DNA from: Heterodontus francisci
Lineage: Eukaryota
Direction of reading: 5' to 3'
DNA length: 64,000 nucleotides
Assembly (NCBI RefSeq): GCF_036365525.1
Contig: NC_090373.1
Coordinates: 48,876,600-48,940,599 of the forward strand
Below, piece after piece: positions 50,477-63,341 of this stretch. The notes below the pieces were generated by a model, which saw only the letters and a program-made list of their open reading frames with translations, was not told the DNA's origin and ran no database searches. The translations under genes and the position numbers were made by a program. The first letter of the stretch is position 1; each line of letters opens with the position of its first letter.

Positions 50477-51679
50477 AGTGCCAGTGACCTTTTCTTTGTT
50501 TAAGGCTGGTGACTGGTGGCCTCCTGCTGCCTGAAGTTACACACCTGTGCGCGGACCAGCTACTGCTTCCTTCTAGATTTGGGTCGGCCCTTCATGTGGG
50601 GTCTGGGTATTCAAATCGCCTGGGCCTCATGCAGCTAGAGTCAAAGGGCTTTAGCGTTTGCCTCAACTCCCAACTCTGCAACTCCTGCTCTGAATTAAAA
50701 TCAAGGCTTAAGTTTTTATGCCCTGAAAAGGAAGCTAGAAAGAATTTAGATGTTTTTCTTGTTTCTTAAGACCCTATGGAGGATATCCCGACACAGAAGC
50801 ATTTTGTTTCAATCATGGATCTTGCGCATTTGCCTTCTGCACTATTTGACTAATGCACTGTGGTGACATTCTTAAAAGGGAATTGGGTCTCCTAAATACT
50901 TATTTCAATGATGTGAATTCAATCTCTGCTGCTAAAGGTACAGGAATTTCAGGATAACTTTTGCTCCAAGCACCTATTACTGAATAAATTTATAAATCAT
51001 TTTTAAAGAATCCTTTTGAATACAAAATGTTATTTGGGTTACAAAGTATGCTTTAATATGTATAAACAAATTTGTATAAATGTTCCAGAAATTTAAATTG
51101 CAGATTATAAAATAAAAAGAAAGAGCATTTAAATTTAGGTTTTTAATGGATCAGTCCTCTCTCTAAAGCTGGAATTGTACTGTAACCAATGCAAACTCAT
51201 ACCAATGTGAAATTTTCTTCAGGAGCTGCTCCTGCAGCACTTGGATTTTGGGTGGAACCTGACCCTGGGCGTAAAATCTATCTTCATATGAAGGTGCTTT
51301 TAGTGAATTTCAGAATGCCAGTGTAACTGCAACTTCAAATATTGCCTGAAAATAGATCGTCCAGGAGTCTTCAACCTCAATATTAATGAAGAGGTGGGAC
51401 TGGAGTTGTGCCGGGGAGGAAGGTACTGGTGATCCTGGGCGCCAAATACGGAAAATCGTACAGCATGTGGGAAAATCTGATTTCCACAAGGATGTCTCAT
51501 CATTTTACTTTTGGATTATGCCTCTTCACTGCATGTGAGCAGGTGTGACATGGTCCCACATGACACAATTGCACCTCAACTATTTAAAGGGCTGCTTCAT
51601 AGGTGCAATTTGGCAAAATTGTGGGGATTGTCCGATTGAGGCGAAAGTTGGAATGTGTGATCAACCTGGGCAAAAGCTA

Positions 51680-53040
51680 TGCCCCAATTTAATGAGATAT
51701 CACTCGAAGAACTGCTGAATGCAATAAGCACAAGGAAGGAGGTCCGCTTCTCTAGCAAAGGCAAAAGAAACCTGCTGTCACAGTACAAAAATGCGTGGCT
51801 GTGAGTGGCCCAAGAGAGAGCAGCAGGAGTGTTGTCATGAAGACGTGGATCCAGCAGAGGAAGTGTTTCAACGACCTAACCAGGTCAGGAAAGGTAAACA
51901 CAGGTAGTGATTCACCTACATCTTGTAGTGTAACCCCCACCTCATTCCATCTTTTCAAGTATACTTCATTGGCACCACTCCTCACATCCACTTCACTTTC
52001 AGCAGCACCTCTTGTTCCATTTCAGTTCACTTCCAACTTCATCCACAACTGCTACTTAACCCCAATATTCATGTAATTTGACACCACCCCAATCAACTCA
52101 CCTGATTCACAGTACATATCCTTAAATGGCACAGTCAACACATTCCTTAATTGCATGCCAGTGGCATTCATGATTGTCTCCCTCACCGAATGCACTACAT
52201 GCTTTGGATGCACACATCCCTTACAGACACTTATAGGACTGCCATGTGCCCTTGCAGGAGAAGAGAACACAGAATAAATGGGAGAGAGAGAGGGACGATT
52301 GTGGGTCTCCCTGAGCATCAGAAATGGCAAGACTCATACTCCATTGCTGCCTGACTTAATCTCTTGACCCACATTTCTCTCAAGACTAAGTCATACTGAC
52401 TTGACTTCATCACCAAGTAAAATATGATCACTTTAATCATATGCATTTCAACATTTGTACATTCACATGAGTAAATCATATTTCACTCTTTGCTCCAGGG
52501 TGAAGAACAGCAGTCCATGCAAACAAGATTCCTCAGAGGAGCTGATTCCTTCTGTCCTTCTGAGGTGTACAGTCACAAGGCACATGTGAACAAGGCACAA
52601 GGAGAGATACAAGTGAGCTTGAGCAGAGATTGGTGACAGGACAGCTGTGGAGAGTCCATGTCAGAGGCTACAATCCTCTCCATGTTCTGCTCCTCTGGAC
52701 AGAGATGCTGTACCCCAGGAGGCATCAATGAAAAGGAGAATGATAGAGGGTCAGCAGAAAATTTGCGAGGTATTGGCAGTCCTGGCAGACACACTTTCCC
52801 AATGTCACAGAGGATAGAGGAGTCCAGCTCAAATGTTTGAGGATTGTTGTTGCAGGCTATGAATAGAGTGGCATGCTCTGTGGAATTTAGATCACGGCAC
52901 ATTGATTAGTCTCTGCAGACCCTGATCATGGTCATGCAAACTATGAATGGCAACATTTCTGCTGCATTAAACAGGATGACATACTTATTAGCCATGGCAT
53001 TACAAGGTGTCACCGATCTGCTCTAAGCTGTTCTCCCACC
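51680..53040 (+). pseudogene. Harbinger Myb/SANT-like DNA-binding protein (spliced, disrupted)
   Basis: PQFNEISLEELLNAISTRKEVRF...KNAWL*VAQE...KTWIQQRKCFNDLTRSGK|gtaaac (donor at 51894); next exon ttgcag|EKRTQNKWERER (52258). Confidence 0.75.
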
Positions 53041-53369
53041 AGAGACAGGAAAATAAAAGCTTTGTAATTCACTGTGGGTATGTTCATGGGTGTATTTGAT
53101 GATGTTTTATTACCAAGTTTAGCTCACATAAAATGTATTGCTTTGCCCCATGTTCCCCATTCTTGAATGGCGAGTGTGAACTAGAGGTTTTCAGCTGTTT
53201 GGTGCTGAATGTGAAGACATGAATTGACTGAGACTAATTGGTGGCACATATTCTTACAACCATGGAATGGAAAGCCTCAACATTACCTGCACTTTTATTT
53301 CTAAGCAACTTCAGTCAGTCTACTTCATTATAGTGATACCCAAGACTCAGTGCAACAGTGGATGGATGG

Positions 53370-56300
53370 TTACAGGATTACTTGTTTAAGTGTCAGGGGG
53401 TGCGATAGTTACTTTGTCCCACTGTAACTGATCAATTGAACTGTGAAGGAAATCACACCTGCCAAAATGAAACATATTTATTTGTCATATGGAACTTTAT
53501 TTTTGAACAGTTACTGGACATTGAAATAACGTGTTTAAAAAGACCACAGAACAGTGGCAGAAAATATGACTGCACATTTGCATCCTAAAGGACAGTGACA
53601 TGGAGAGACAATGGGAGTACTCCCTGATTCAATTAGCCAGAGGGTTTTGTCAATAGTGATGATCAAGAGACATTGAGCCAGCATTCCACCCCCGCTCCCC
53701 CCCACAACTATCTGGTAAGCTTGTAGGAATCCACAAATCTTGCAGGTGAGGCTGCTCCAAACAAGGAGCTAGTCACATGACTAACTTGCTGACCAACCTG
53801 GATTTTTTTTGAATTGTGCCTGACACAGAACAGTTTTTTTGGAAGAGACTGCAATTGAACTTCAAGAAGAGAGCTCCTCTCTCTCTCACACAAAGTTTCA
53901 GGAACCATGGAAGTAACTTAAGCCTCAAGATAGAAGACGAGCGAAACAAGTTTGAAAATGTGCACTGGGCCCCAACGAGAACTGCAAGACATAACTTCAA
54001 TTAAAGACTTTACATCCCACCCAAAACCAGTAACTGAACTCCACCCATTACTTCAAACCTTTTCCCTTTAATTCTTTCTCCTCCTCTGTCTCTATTTGCT
54101 TGTGTGTTTATCGCGTATGCATGCTAGAGTGGTCGCGTCCCGTATTTTTAGTAGTTTTAACTGAGTTAGAGTTTTAATGTTAATAAATTTATACCTTTCT
54201 TGTTTAAATCTGAGTAAACCTTTCTGGTTGATTTTGTAACAGAAATTTGGGGGCTAGCATCCTGGATTGGACCCACAGACAAACGAGAACTTGGAAGTGG
54301 GAAGTCAAATTGATCCCAATCAAAAAGAGATAAAATTTTAATACAGGTTTTCTTGTGATTGTGTGTTAGAATACAAATATGTCTGAAGCGAGTAGCTCCC
54401 CAAGCCAGGGTGAAGTAACTTGGGATAAGTTAAAAGGTACTGTCTGTGGAAGAATTGAGAAATATGGCTGAGCAGTGTGGGGATCACTGTCCGTGCCAAG
54501 GCTAGGAAATCAGAATTCCTAAGACTAGTGGCCAACCATTTTTCCCTGAAATCTGAAGAAGCAGAGACAGGGTTAGAAACAGACTCTGACAGGGTATTGC
54601 TTGCAAAGATACAATTGGAACAGAGGAAACTTGAATTAGAAGATAGGGAAAGAAGGAGAGACAGGAGAAAGAAAAAAAGAGAGGAGAGAAAGAGAAAGAA
54701 ATTTCCAGAAGGAACGGGAGAAAAGAGAGCTGAGGCAGCTTGAGTTAACTAGGGGGCGACAGAGTAACCCCTGTGAAAGCATAGAAAGTACAAGTGAGGG
54801 GCTGTGGACAGAATTTTAAAAATTTTCCCATTTGATTCCAAAATTCGATGAGGGAGATGTGGAAGCATTTTATGTATCTTTTGAGAAACTTGCAAGGCAG
54901 TTAAAGTGGCCGGCTGAGACATGGACTCTTCTGTTGCAAAGTAAGCTAACAGGAAAAGCCCATGAGGTTTATTCTCTGTTGCCAGATGAGAGTTCATCAA
55001 ATTATGAACTGACAGAAAATGCTATCCTTGGGGCATATGAACTAGTACCGGAAGCCCACCACCAAAAGTTTCGAACCTTCAGGAAGCAAGCTGATCAAAC
55101 TTACTTGGAGTTTGAGAGAAGTAAGCGGCTGGCTTTTGACCAGTGGTTGAGGGCTCTTGAAGTGCAGCCCAGCTATGAAAACCTCAGAGATGTAATTTTG
55201 CTAGACGAATTTAAAAATTCTCTCCCCCTCTCCACAAAAGCCCATGTGGAGGAACAGAAAGTGCATAGAGCAAGGAAAGTTGCAGTTCTGGCTGATGAGT
55301 TTGCTCTAATATACAAGTCTGTTCCCCAGGGAAAACTTTTCCTAGTCACCCGACAAATCAGAAAATGACAAAGGGTGGGAAGATGATAGGAGCCCAAGAG
55401 AGAAAGAAAAGCAGGAGACACAGGGGGCTTTCCTCCAGCCAAAAGGGAAGGTGCTGTAAGTAGGACAGAGACCCAGAAACCGTGTGCTTTCATTGTAATA
55501 AGGCAGGTCATCTAAGGGCTGACTGCTTCAAACTACAGGGAAAGCCTATAGCGTTAATCAGGGCACACCCACCCAGTGAAGAAGAAGGGACCCTGATGGG
55601 AAGCACGGCTGAACAAGCTGTGGCTTTAACTGCAGCAGTCATAAGGCTCAGAAAACAAACTGCTGCAGGAAAATTTAATAGGATTCCTGAAGGTTATCAG
55701 GATTTGTGTCTGAAGGGACAGTAACCCCATACCCCTCGAGTGGGGCAAGCAAAAGCATAGTAATCCTCAGGGACACATGGGCGACTAGATCCCTTTCACT
55801 GGGAAAAGGCCTGACCTTTCCCCCGAGAGTGCAGTAAATACCAGAAAGGTCGTAAATGGTATTGGAGGGCAGTGTACACCTGTACCTTTACACTGGGTAC
55901 ACTTGGAGTGCGACCTAGTTTCGGGACCGGTGACTGTAGGGATTGTGCCTGACACAGAACAGTTTTTTTGGAAGAGAATGCAATTGAACTTCAAGAAGAG
56001 AGCTCCTCTCTCTCTCTCTCTAGCTCTCACGCAAAGTTCCAGGGACCCACGGAGGTAACTTAAGCCTCAAGACAGAAGATCAGCAAAACAAGTTTGAAAG
56101 TGTGCACTGGGCCCCAGTGAGAACTGCAAGATTTAACTTCAATCAAATACTTTACATCAAACCCAAGACCAGTAACTGAACTCCAACTGTTACTTCAAAC
56201 CTTTTCCCTTTAATTCTTTCTCCTCCTCGGTCTCTATTTGCTTGTGTGTTTTTCATGTATGCATGCTAGCGTGGTTGCATCGCGTATTTTTAGCAGTCTA

Positions 56301-56523
56301 AATGAGTTAGAGATATAAGGTTAATAAACTTACACCTTTCTTCTTTAAATCTGAGAAAATCTGTCTGGCTGATTTCTTTGCAATCATAATTGGAGAGCAG
56401 TGAACAAGGACTCACTGAGGGAAAGCTAAAAACAAGGTGTTTTAAAAATTAAACCCTGTTACGGCCAAACCAGGAAAAGACTGAGAGGGGAGCCCTAGAC
56501 CCCTGCCTCACCTGGTCATATCA
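53370..56523 (+). mobile_element. Internally deleted Gmr1-like Gypsy LTR retrotransposon
   Basis: Direct repeats 53813-54235 and 55942-56375 (LTRs). The 5' LTR ends GTAACA (54241) and is followed by TGGGGGCT (tRNA-Pro-like PBS). gag and protease are present; RT/RH/IN are missing. Confidence 0.88.
54378..55945 (+). pseudogene. Gmr1-like gag (coiled coil, SCAN-related capsid domain, CCHC knuckle) and protease
   Basis: IPKFDEGDVEAFYVSFEKLA..WP..WTLLLQSKLTGKA...AYELVPEAHHQKFR...LLDEFKNSLP; CFHCNKAGHLRADC; ILRDTWAT (DTG-like). Confidence 0.85.
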
Positions 56524-57610
56524 GAACCTTCGAGCTTTTAGGGAATCCCTAGAAGCAAAAGTATTGGCTGGTTTGCCTTTGGGCGCCCCATCTTCACCTT
56601 CCTCCTCTTCTCCATTGGAACCTTCAGATGAAGAGTGCTGTGCAGTATGTTGCGTCTGCTCCTTTAGCCTTGCTGCTGCGCTATGTTGTGCAGAATGCAG
56701 CACACAACAATTATTCCAGAGACCCTCGTTGGTGAATACTGAAGGGAGCCTTCAGACCTGCCCAGGTACCTGAAGCACAGCATGAGCTGACGGCTTGCTT
56801 GATGACACATTTGGTTGTCGTATGGCTTGCATTGTAGGGCTCCTGATGTTTCTCAGAGATGTCATCATGATGTCAGATGAAGTGGTTATCCTTTGATGCT
56901 TTGCAGCCATCCTTTAAGGTTGATTCCCAATGTGAACATGTAGGAGACTCTCACCTGCCGCAGTGTGGAAGGATAATTGCAACTCCCCAGGCATCTGGTG
57001 CAGACCTTCATGAAAATCCCTTGCACAACAGCGAAGCATTGATGGAATGAAATCCCTTGGGGTTAACGACTGCTCCTGGTTGATCTGGGGGTGCTTGGAT
57101 TGCTGTGTGCAGTCGATGGGACCCTGCACCTGTGGGAAGCCAGCCAGAGATGTGAATCTGAGTGCCTTCTCATTCTGGCTATTGAGTACAGGGTAAGTTT
57201 AAATGCCTCCCAGCCCTGACAAACAATTCATCAGTCATCTGCCAACTGAGAGATGCTCCCTATGTCTCCAGTAGTACCCTGGAAGGAGCTGGAGCAAAGA
57301 TATTGAGGTCACTGGTGACCAACAAGTCCAGCAGGCAGCAGGTCTTTTTCTAAGAGGCTGTAGATGTCTGCGACCACATGATTTGAGAATATCAGCCTTT
57401 GCATGCATTGCTCTCTGACAAGTCAAGAAAGCTGTCTGTCTACAGACCCTATTAGGTGGGTAGTGCCTCCTGCGAATTTGACCCCTCTGTGACTCCCTTC
57501 TCTGCTGGCTACCTGCAGCTCCCTCCACAACACTCACTTGTTGCTGGTGATGCTCATTCTCTTCATCATCTAAAGTCCAATCAAAAGCAGCCATGGTGCC
57601 ACCCATCCTA
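56521..57610 (-). pseudogene. Harbinger (HARBI1-like) transposase, disrupted
   Basis: RRRHYPPNRV, GFPQVQGPIDCT, NPKGFHSINA, KG*PL, GSLQYSPTRVSGIIVVCCILHNIAQQQG, acidic tract, RDSLKARRF*. Confidence 0.85.
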
Positions 57611-58649
57611 ATGTTCTCTGTGTGAACACCTCCAAACTGTACAAGTAAGTCTCTCACAAGAAGTACTCTCACCAAACCGTTTTACAGAGGGAACTAATAA
57701 AGCAGCAGTGTGCACTGAACCTTTATTTAGATTGGGATTCCTCACCTTTAACCATTCCAATGAAGTGGCGCTCAATCTCACATTCATTTCATTGCCAAGT
57801 GAACTTGGGAAACCTGCACAGGAGACATTAATTTCAAAATAGCATGACAGGAGCCTATTTAAGTATGAGAATGGCAGACCTGCCTCTCCAGAGTGGGTAA
57901 TTCGGGTTCCACAATAGCAGCCACAGTAATAACAGATATGGGCGTACGTGCGGCTAGGTAGGGTCACATCCCACGCATTTGATAATCTAACCCTTCCCTG
58001 ACCCTCTCCCACCCTTCAAGGGCAGGGATTAGAATCAAGCCTTTTGTTTCCTAAGGTCTATCTACAATCATTTTCCTTCTGTCCTTAAAGAGAAACATAT
58101 CCTGAGGGCAAACAATTGCCTCGCTTGTTTACTGCATTTAACAACTACACTACAATATTAAATTCTCTTTGAAATGGTGAATATTACCATACAAACCAAT
58201 GACATGCTTTCTAAAATAACTAATATTTTGATTTATAATGTAATATGGTGAATTATGCTTTGCATGAAGGGCTAGAGATTAAATATAAGGTCATGGTAAT
58301 TATGATGAATGAAGTATTTGTGTGAATAACAAATAAAGGCTCTTTTTATTGTTACCTCTTAATTTTCATTGACCCTCCAACAGAATATGCTAGTTAGACC
58401 TCTTGTATAATTCAATAATAATTTCTGAAAGAATTCCAGTTTTGTTTCAAATGCCTGCTTTTTAGTTTTTTGGCATCAACCTACCACTTCTGTTAAGCAT
58501 TTGTTAGAGATCTTCGGACAACTTTAACAATCCTTCATGCATATTTACAATTAAAAATAGAGAAATCAATGTTACAAACATAATAGTTCATATCCTGCAA
58601 GATAAAGGAACTTTACACTCATCACCCAAAAATAAACAATGAAAGAAAC

Positions 58650-58867
58650 TTAAACAAGAAGTGCTGGAAAAACTTAGCAGGTCTGGCAGCATCTGTGGAG
58701 AGAGAAGCAGAGTTAATGTTTCCGATCCGTGACCTTTCATCAGAACCTGACGTGAAACGTTAACTCTGCTTCTTTCTCCGCAGATGCTGCCAGACCTGCT
58801 AAGTTTTTCCAGCATTTCTTGTTTTTATTTCCAATTTCCAGCATCTGCAGTATTATGCTTTTATTTT
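58650..58867. mobile_element. Penelope-type insertion made of two inverted pLTR ends
   Basis: ~70-bp arms AAACAAGAAGTGCTGGAAAAACTTAGCAGGTCTGGCAGCATCTG... and their reverse complement; 12-bp TSD AATGAAAGAAAC (58638-58649 and 58868-58879). Confidence 0.85.
58711..58747 (-). ncRNA. Minimal hammerhead ribozyme motif (probably decayed)
   Basis: Minus strand GTT-CTGATGA-A-AGGTC-ACG-GATCG-GAAA-CATT-AAC. Confidence 0.5.
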
Positions 58868-59719
58868 AATGAAAGAAACAAGTTCTTTCCCATTAAATGA
58901 ACATCAATGTTAATCAAATTAAGCAAACAAAACACTTTGATCTTTAAGTAAATGAAATCCAATATCAAATTCTGTTACAGATATACATACTCTCCTAACT
59001 TTCAAAATAATTGTCAAAATTACAATATATCAATATTTTCCAGAATAACATCTTTTACAATTAATACATTTATTTGACTTTCTTCCTTCATCTCTTTTGG
59101 GAGGCCTTGCATCATACAATTTTTGTACTTGTGGCTGGAGGAGACTTGCTCCTATATTTGTGTCACTTTCATTCAGTAGAAAACTGCTAGAGATGTGCAA
59201 AGATGGTTTGAAGTGACTGGTCTTCTAATTTTCTCCAAGCCTCTGTATGGAAGTGCCTTGCCTCCTTTTGGCATGACCACACAGTGATATCGATAGATTG
59301 AGAACTCACCATGGGGTAGTTGTGGACATGAAACCTGTTCCTATTACTTCATGTGCATTAGATTGGAGCTCTGCTTTAAATGTGCAGATGCAGCTCAAGT
59401 TCAGAATTTCACCTCGATGAATCAATTCCTGCATAAATGGTCTGCAGTATTTTATAAGAGCAGTCTCAGCCGAGCATCCTAAAACATTTTGAATGCCAAT
59501 AATGGCTTTTTCCTACTACCACTAGGTTATTCCTAACATCTGACACTCTGATTTAAGAACCCCTTCCTAATAGCTGATTCCAACTATGCATGCTTTCTGA
59601 TTCTACCAGTCTGACATTACTGCATCTCTATTGCTTAATATTATAATATTTTACCTTCCTTAATGTGGGTCCGCCTTAACTGTCCACTCTTTAGAATGTC
59701 GAATTTGAGCTTCTCTATT

Positions 59720-60320
59720 AGAAACATAGAAAAATAGGTGCAGGAGTAGGCCATTTGGCCCTTCGAGCCTGCTCCGCCATTCAATACAATCATGGCTGAT
59801 CATCCAAACTCAATAACCTGTTCCCACTTTCTCCCTGTATCCCTTAATCCCATTAGCCCCAAGAACTACATCTAACTCTTTCTTGAATATATTTAATGAT
59901 TTGGCCTCAATTGCTTTCCATGGTAGAAAATTCCACAGGCTCACCACTCGCTGGGTGAAGAAATCTCTCCTCATCTCAGTCCTAAATGGCTTACCCCTTA
60001 CCCTTAGACTGTGACTGCTGGTCCTGGACTCCCCCGCTATCGGGAACATACTTCCTGCATCTAGTCTGACCAGTCCTGTTAGAATTTTGTAGTTTTCTAT
60101 GAGATCCCCTCTCATCCTTCTAAACTCTAGCAAATACAAGCCTAATTGACCCAATCTCTCTTCATACGTCAGTCCTGCCATCCCAGGAATCAGTCTGGTG
60201 AAACTTCGCTGCACTCCCTCCATAGCAAGAATATCCATCCTCAGATAAGGGGACTAAAACTGCACACAATACTCCAGATGTGGTCTCACCAAGGCCTTGC
60301 ATAATTGCAGCAAGACATCT
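59720..60320 (-). mobile_element. CR1 3' fragment (same family as 14262-16113)
   Basis: EGVQRSFTRLIPGMAGLTYEERL; collinear with 14262-14860. Confidence 0.92.
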
Positions 60321-61989
60321 TATTATTTCCTTATAGGCCGTCCTTTTTATATGTGGGGTACTTCTTGTTTTGTGTCCCTTTTGAAGCATGGCTAGAATTG
60401 AGAACAGTAAACTCTGTCTACTCTGACTGATGCACTTAAAAGCATTAGCAAAACCTCTCTAACCTTGTACTCTGACTGGATGGACTGGATTCCCCTCTTT
60501 GTGTTGGAGTTCTCTTATGCTGGGACTCCAACTCCAACTCTCTCCCAAACTAATTCATTGGAGGCCATGGTGTCCCCCTAGTAGGGCTTCTAATAATTAT
60601 TTTTAAAGTTAGGAGGCTATGTATATCTGTAACAGAATTTGATATTGGATTTCATTTACTGAAAAGATCAAAGTGATTTGTTTCCTGGATTTATTTAACA
60701 TTGATGTTATTTTAATGGGAAAGAATGTGTTTTTTCCATTGTTTATTTTTGGGTGATTGATGTAAAGTGCCTTTATCTTCCAGGATATGAAATATTAAAT
60801 TGATTTCTCTATTTTAATTGTGAGTATGTATGAAGGATTGTTAAATTTATCAGAAAATCTCAATCAATGGTTAACTGAAGTGGTAGGTTTGATGCCTAAA
60901 ATCATAAAAGTAGGACCAAGAAGCTGTGGATAGTGCCTGACTGTGACATCCTGCTGGTGTGGCAGCAGAAATCATCACCAAACATTCCGAGAAAAGTGTA
61001 ATTTCTCTGCTCCTGCACCAGTCTTTGCTTCTCCCTCTGTGAAAGTGAAGAGTGTATGCTGTTTACTTCTGCATCTCCTGCTTCTTCTGACTGTCAAATC
61101 AGTGGATGTAGAAAGTGTGCCAGCACACTGCTGATCCTCAGTGAGAAGGTCGTTGATTTGCCTCTGGTGAATGAATGCCTCTGAGAATTTATCTGCAGAA
61201 TGTTGGTGATGCTGCCAAATCTACATTTACTGCTCACACCCTTAGTAAGCCTGAGAAGACAATGATGAAGGTGGTGGTGGGCCTATTTCTATTGACTCTT
61301 TCTACAACTGAGCACTTTGACAGGTCACTTCAGGGGCACTTCCTGGTTGAGAATCTGTGATGCTTATTAATGATTCTTCAATGTGATTGGTTAAGGAGGC
61401 ACACCTATGTTCCCATAGGTTCCAGATGCCCTGTAGAAGGTGCTATGCTATTTGGATGGTTGGCTCACGGGAACTTGCTGTTCAAGATCCCATAGAAAGC
61501 CTTTGGGCAAGTGCAAGTCCAACAAAATTTTGCCATTTGTTTGCAACTCAGACTAAAGTCTGGCCCATTGTAAACTGCCTGAGGCAGTTGTTGGGTCAGG
61601 AGCTATAAATGTCCTTACATTCCTGGGGCATATTCAAAATTGCCAATATGAGGGAAACGTTAAGGGTGACATAACCTGTAAATCTATTAAAATAGCTGTA
61701 GCTACACTTATTTAACTGGTATATATCAAAACAGATCATGCTTTTAAACTAAAATGAGTGACTGTCACTCCTGCAGAGTGACATTTAACCTAAGTGTCTA
61801 AATCTGCTGGAGATTCATGTTAGGTGCCCATCAAAGCTTGATTCAAATGTTCCACTATCTATACTCAAATAAAACCATGGGAGATTTTGGTCTGAAATCT
61901 GATCAGAGTAAATAAATCTCCATAATTCATAACTAGTGAGTCAAAATGATTGTAAATATTCCCAGCAAATATGAATTTTCAGGACAACT

Positions 61990-63300
61990 ACAAGCAGGAT
62001 CTTATGTAAGCACCACAACAGCAAAGGCTGTTAAAAGTCTAATAAAAATTCATCAAGATACATATGATAGTCTATGTGGGAATTAATGGCTTAGGGATGA
62101 GGCAGTCGGAGAAGCTCCAAAGTAGGTTTAAGCATATTGCCTGGAAATGCGGGTGTTATAAAGTTTGTTTTCTGGGTTAAATACTAGTTTGATTTTTAGG
62201 CAGAACAGAATAATCAGGGTAAATGAATGGTTGGCCAATGAGATTAGTGCTGACTTTATCGATAACTGGACTATTTTGGGATGAACCTCTGACACAGGTT
62301 AGGTAGTCTGTGTTCAAATGTCATCAGATCAAACACTTTGAAGTTAAGATTAATTGTGTAATATTGTGTAACACTAAATGCATTTGTATGAGAACCCATT
62401 ATTTGCCATTAATACTTGGGGGTTAAATGTTCACATGGGTTCTTCAATCACAAAAAAAACATGTTTGTTCTTGAGGGACAGGAGAGAAACTGTGAGACAA
62501 AAAGTAAATTAAGGCAAAGAAAATAAATACAAGAAAACTACACAATGAGAAATAAAGATAAAAGTTAAGTGCCTGTACATAAATGCTGGAAACCTTGGGA
62601 ATAAGAGACTGGAATTGGATTCTTATGCAGTGACAACAAATTGTGACATTATAGGGAATACAGAACATGGCTCCCAGAAGTGTGAATTCAAAGTGAAGGG
62701 CTAAAGAATGGGTATGAAGAGAAAGGAAACGAGATAAGGGATAATTTGAAAATTAGAGGTTGAAATGATAACTCAGGGAAAATAAAGAGTGAAGCAGTTT
62801 GCCTTGAATTAGCAAGCAGGTGGATAATGGGGTTAAGAATATTGATTTATTGCAGACTCCAGCATTATAAAACAGAAAAGATCAAGTTTCCATACTGTGA
62901 GATAACAAGAAAGTGTTAATAATGAGTCATTTACATTAACCTAAGATAAACTGGAAAGATCCATATAGAAGAATGACAACAGAATCAGAACAGGTAAATG
63001 TGGTACAAAGCTGCTTCTTGACATAATGGGATAGATTTGTAACTTCCAGGAACAAAGCAAGTACTTTCTATTGGAAATTGGGCAGAGATGCATTTTGCTG
63101 AATCCTTACCTTTTTTTTTTGCACTATCTAATTTTGCAAAATCCATTTCAATGACTCTATAAAAGGACCTCCAATTTGTTGTCAGATACATGTAAAAGTG
63201 GCCACAATAATGACATGTCTTCCATACTCCAGTGCCAGTGCAGTGTATTATGGGAGTCCATAGTTTCTGGGCAATCAGTTGTCTACAGAATTTCATTTGA
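61990..63300 (+). mobile_element. Ancient CR1 5' half (ORF1 esterase and endonuclease relics)
   Basis: VNEWL...DFIDNW (esterase-like) at ~62220-62270; CLYINAGNLGNK at ~62570. Confidence 0.5.
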
Positions 63301-63341
63301 ATGGCACAGTTAATATTCTCTTCAGATAATTATAACCAGAA

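Larger units (their letters stand above)
51238..58041. mobile_element. Decayed autonomous-type PIF/Harbinger element with convergent Myb-like and transposase genes
   Basis: Both genes are recognisable (see the next entries). Degenerate termini CTTGGATTTT / AGAATCAAGCC resemble the MITE TIRs. Confidence 0.7.
58452..60917 (-). mobile_element. Old DNA transposon with ~320-bp TIRs, tentatively Merlin/IS1016-like
   Basis: 58452-59012 (minus the 58650-58879 insertion) is the reverse complement of 60595-60917. Minus-strand relic peptides are QSI(E)SL.GHAKRRQGTS and AWRKLEDQSLQTIFAHL. The TIRs are certain; the superfamily call is tentative. Confidence 0.6.
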
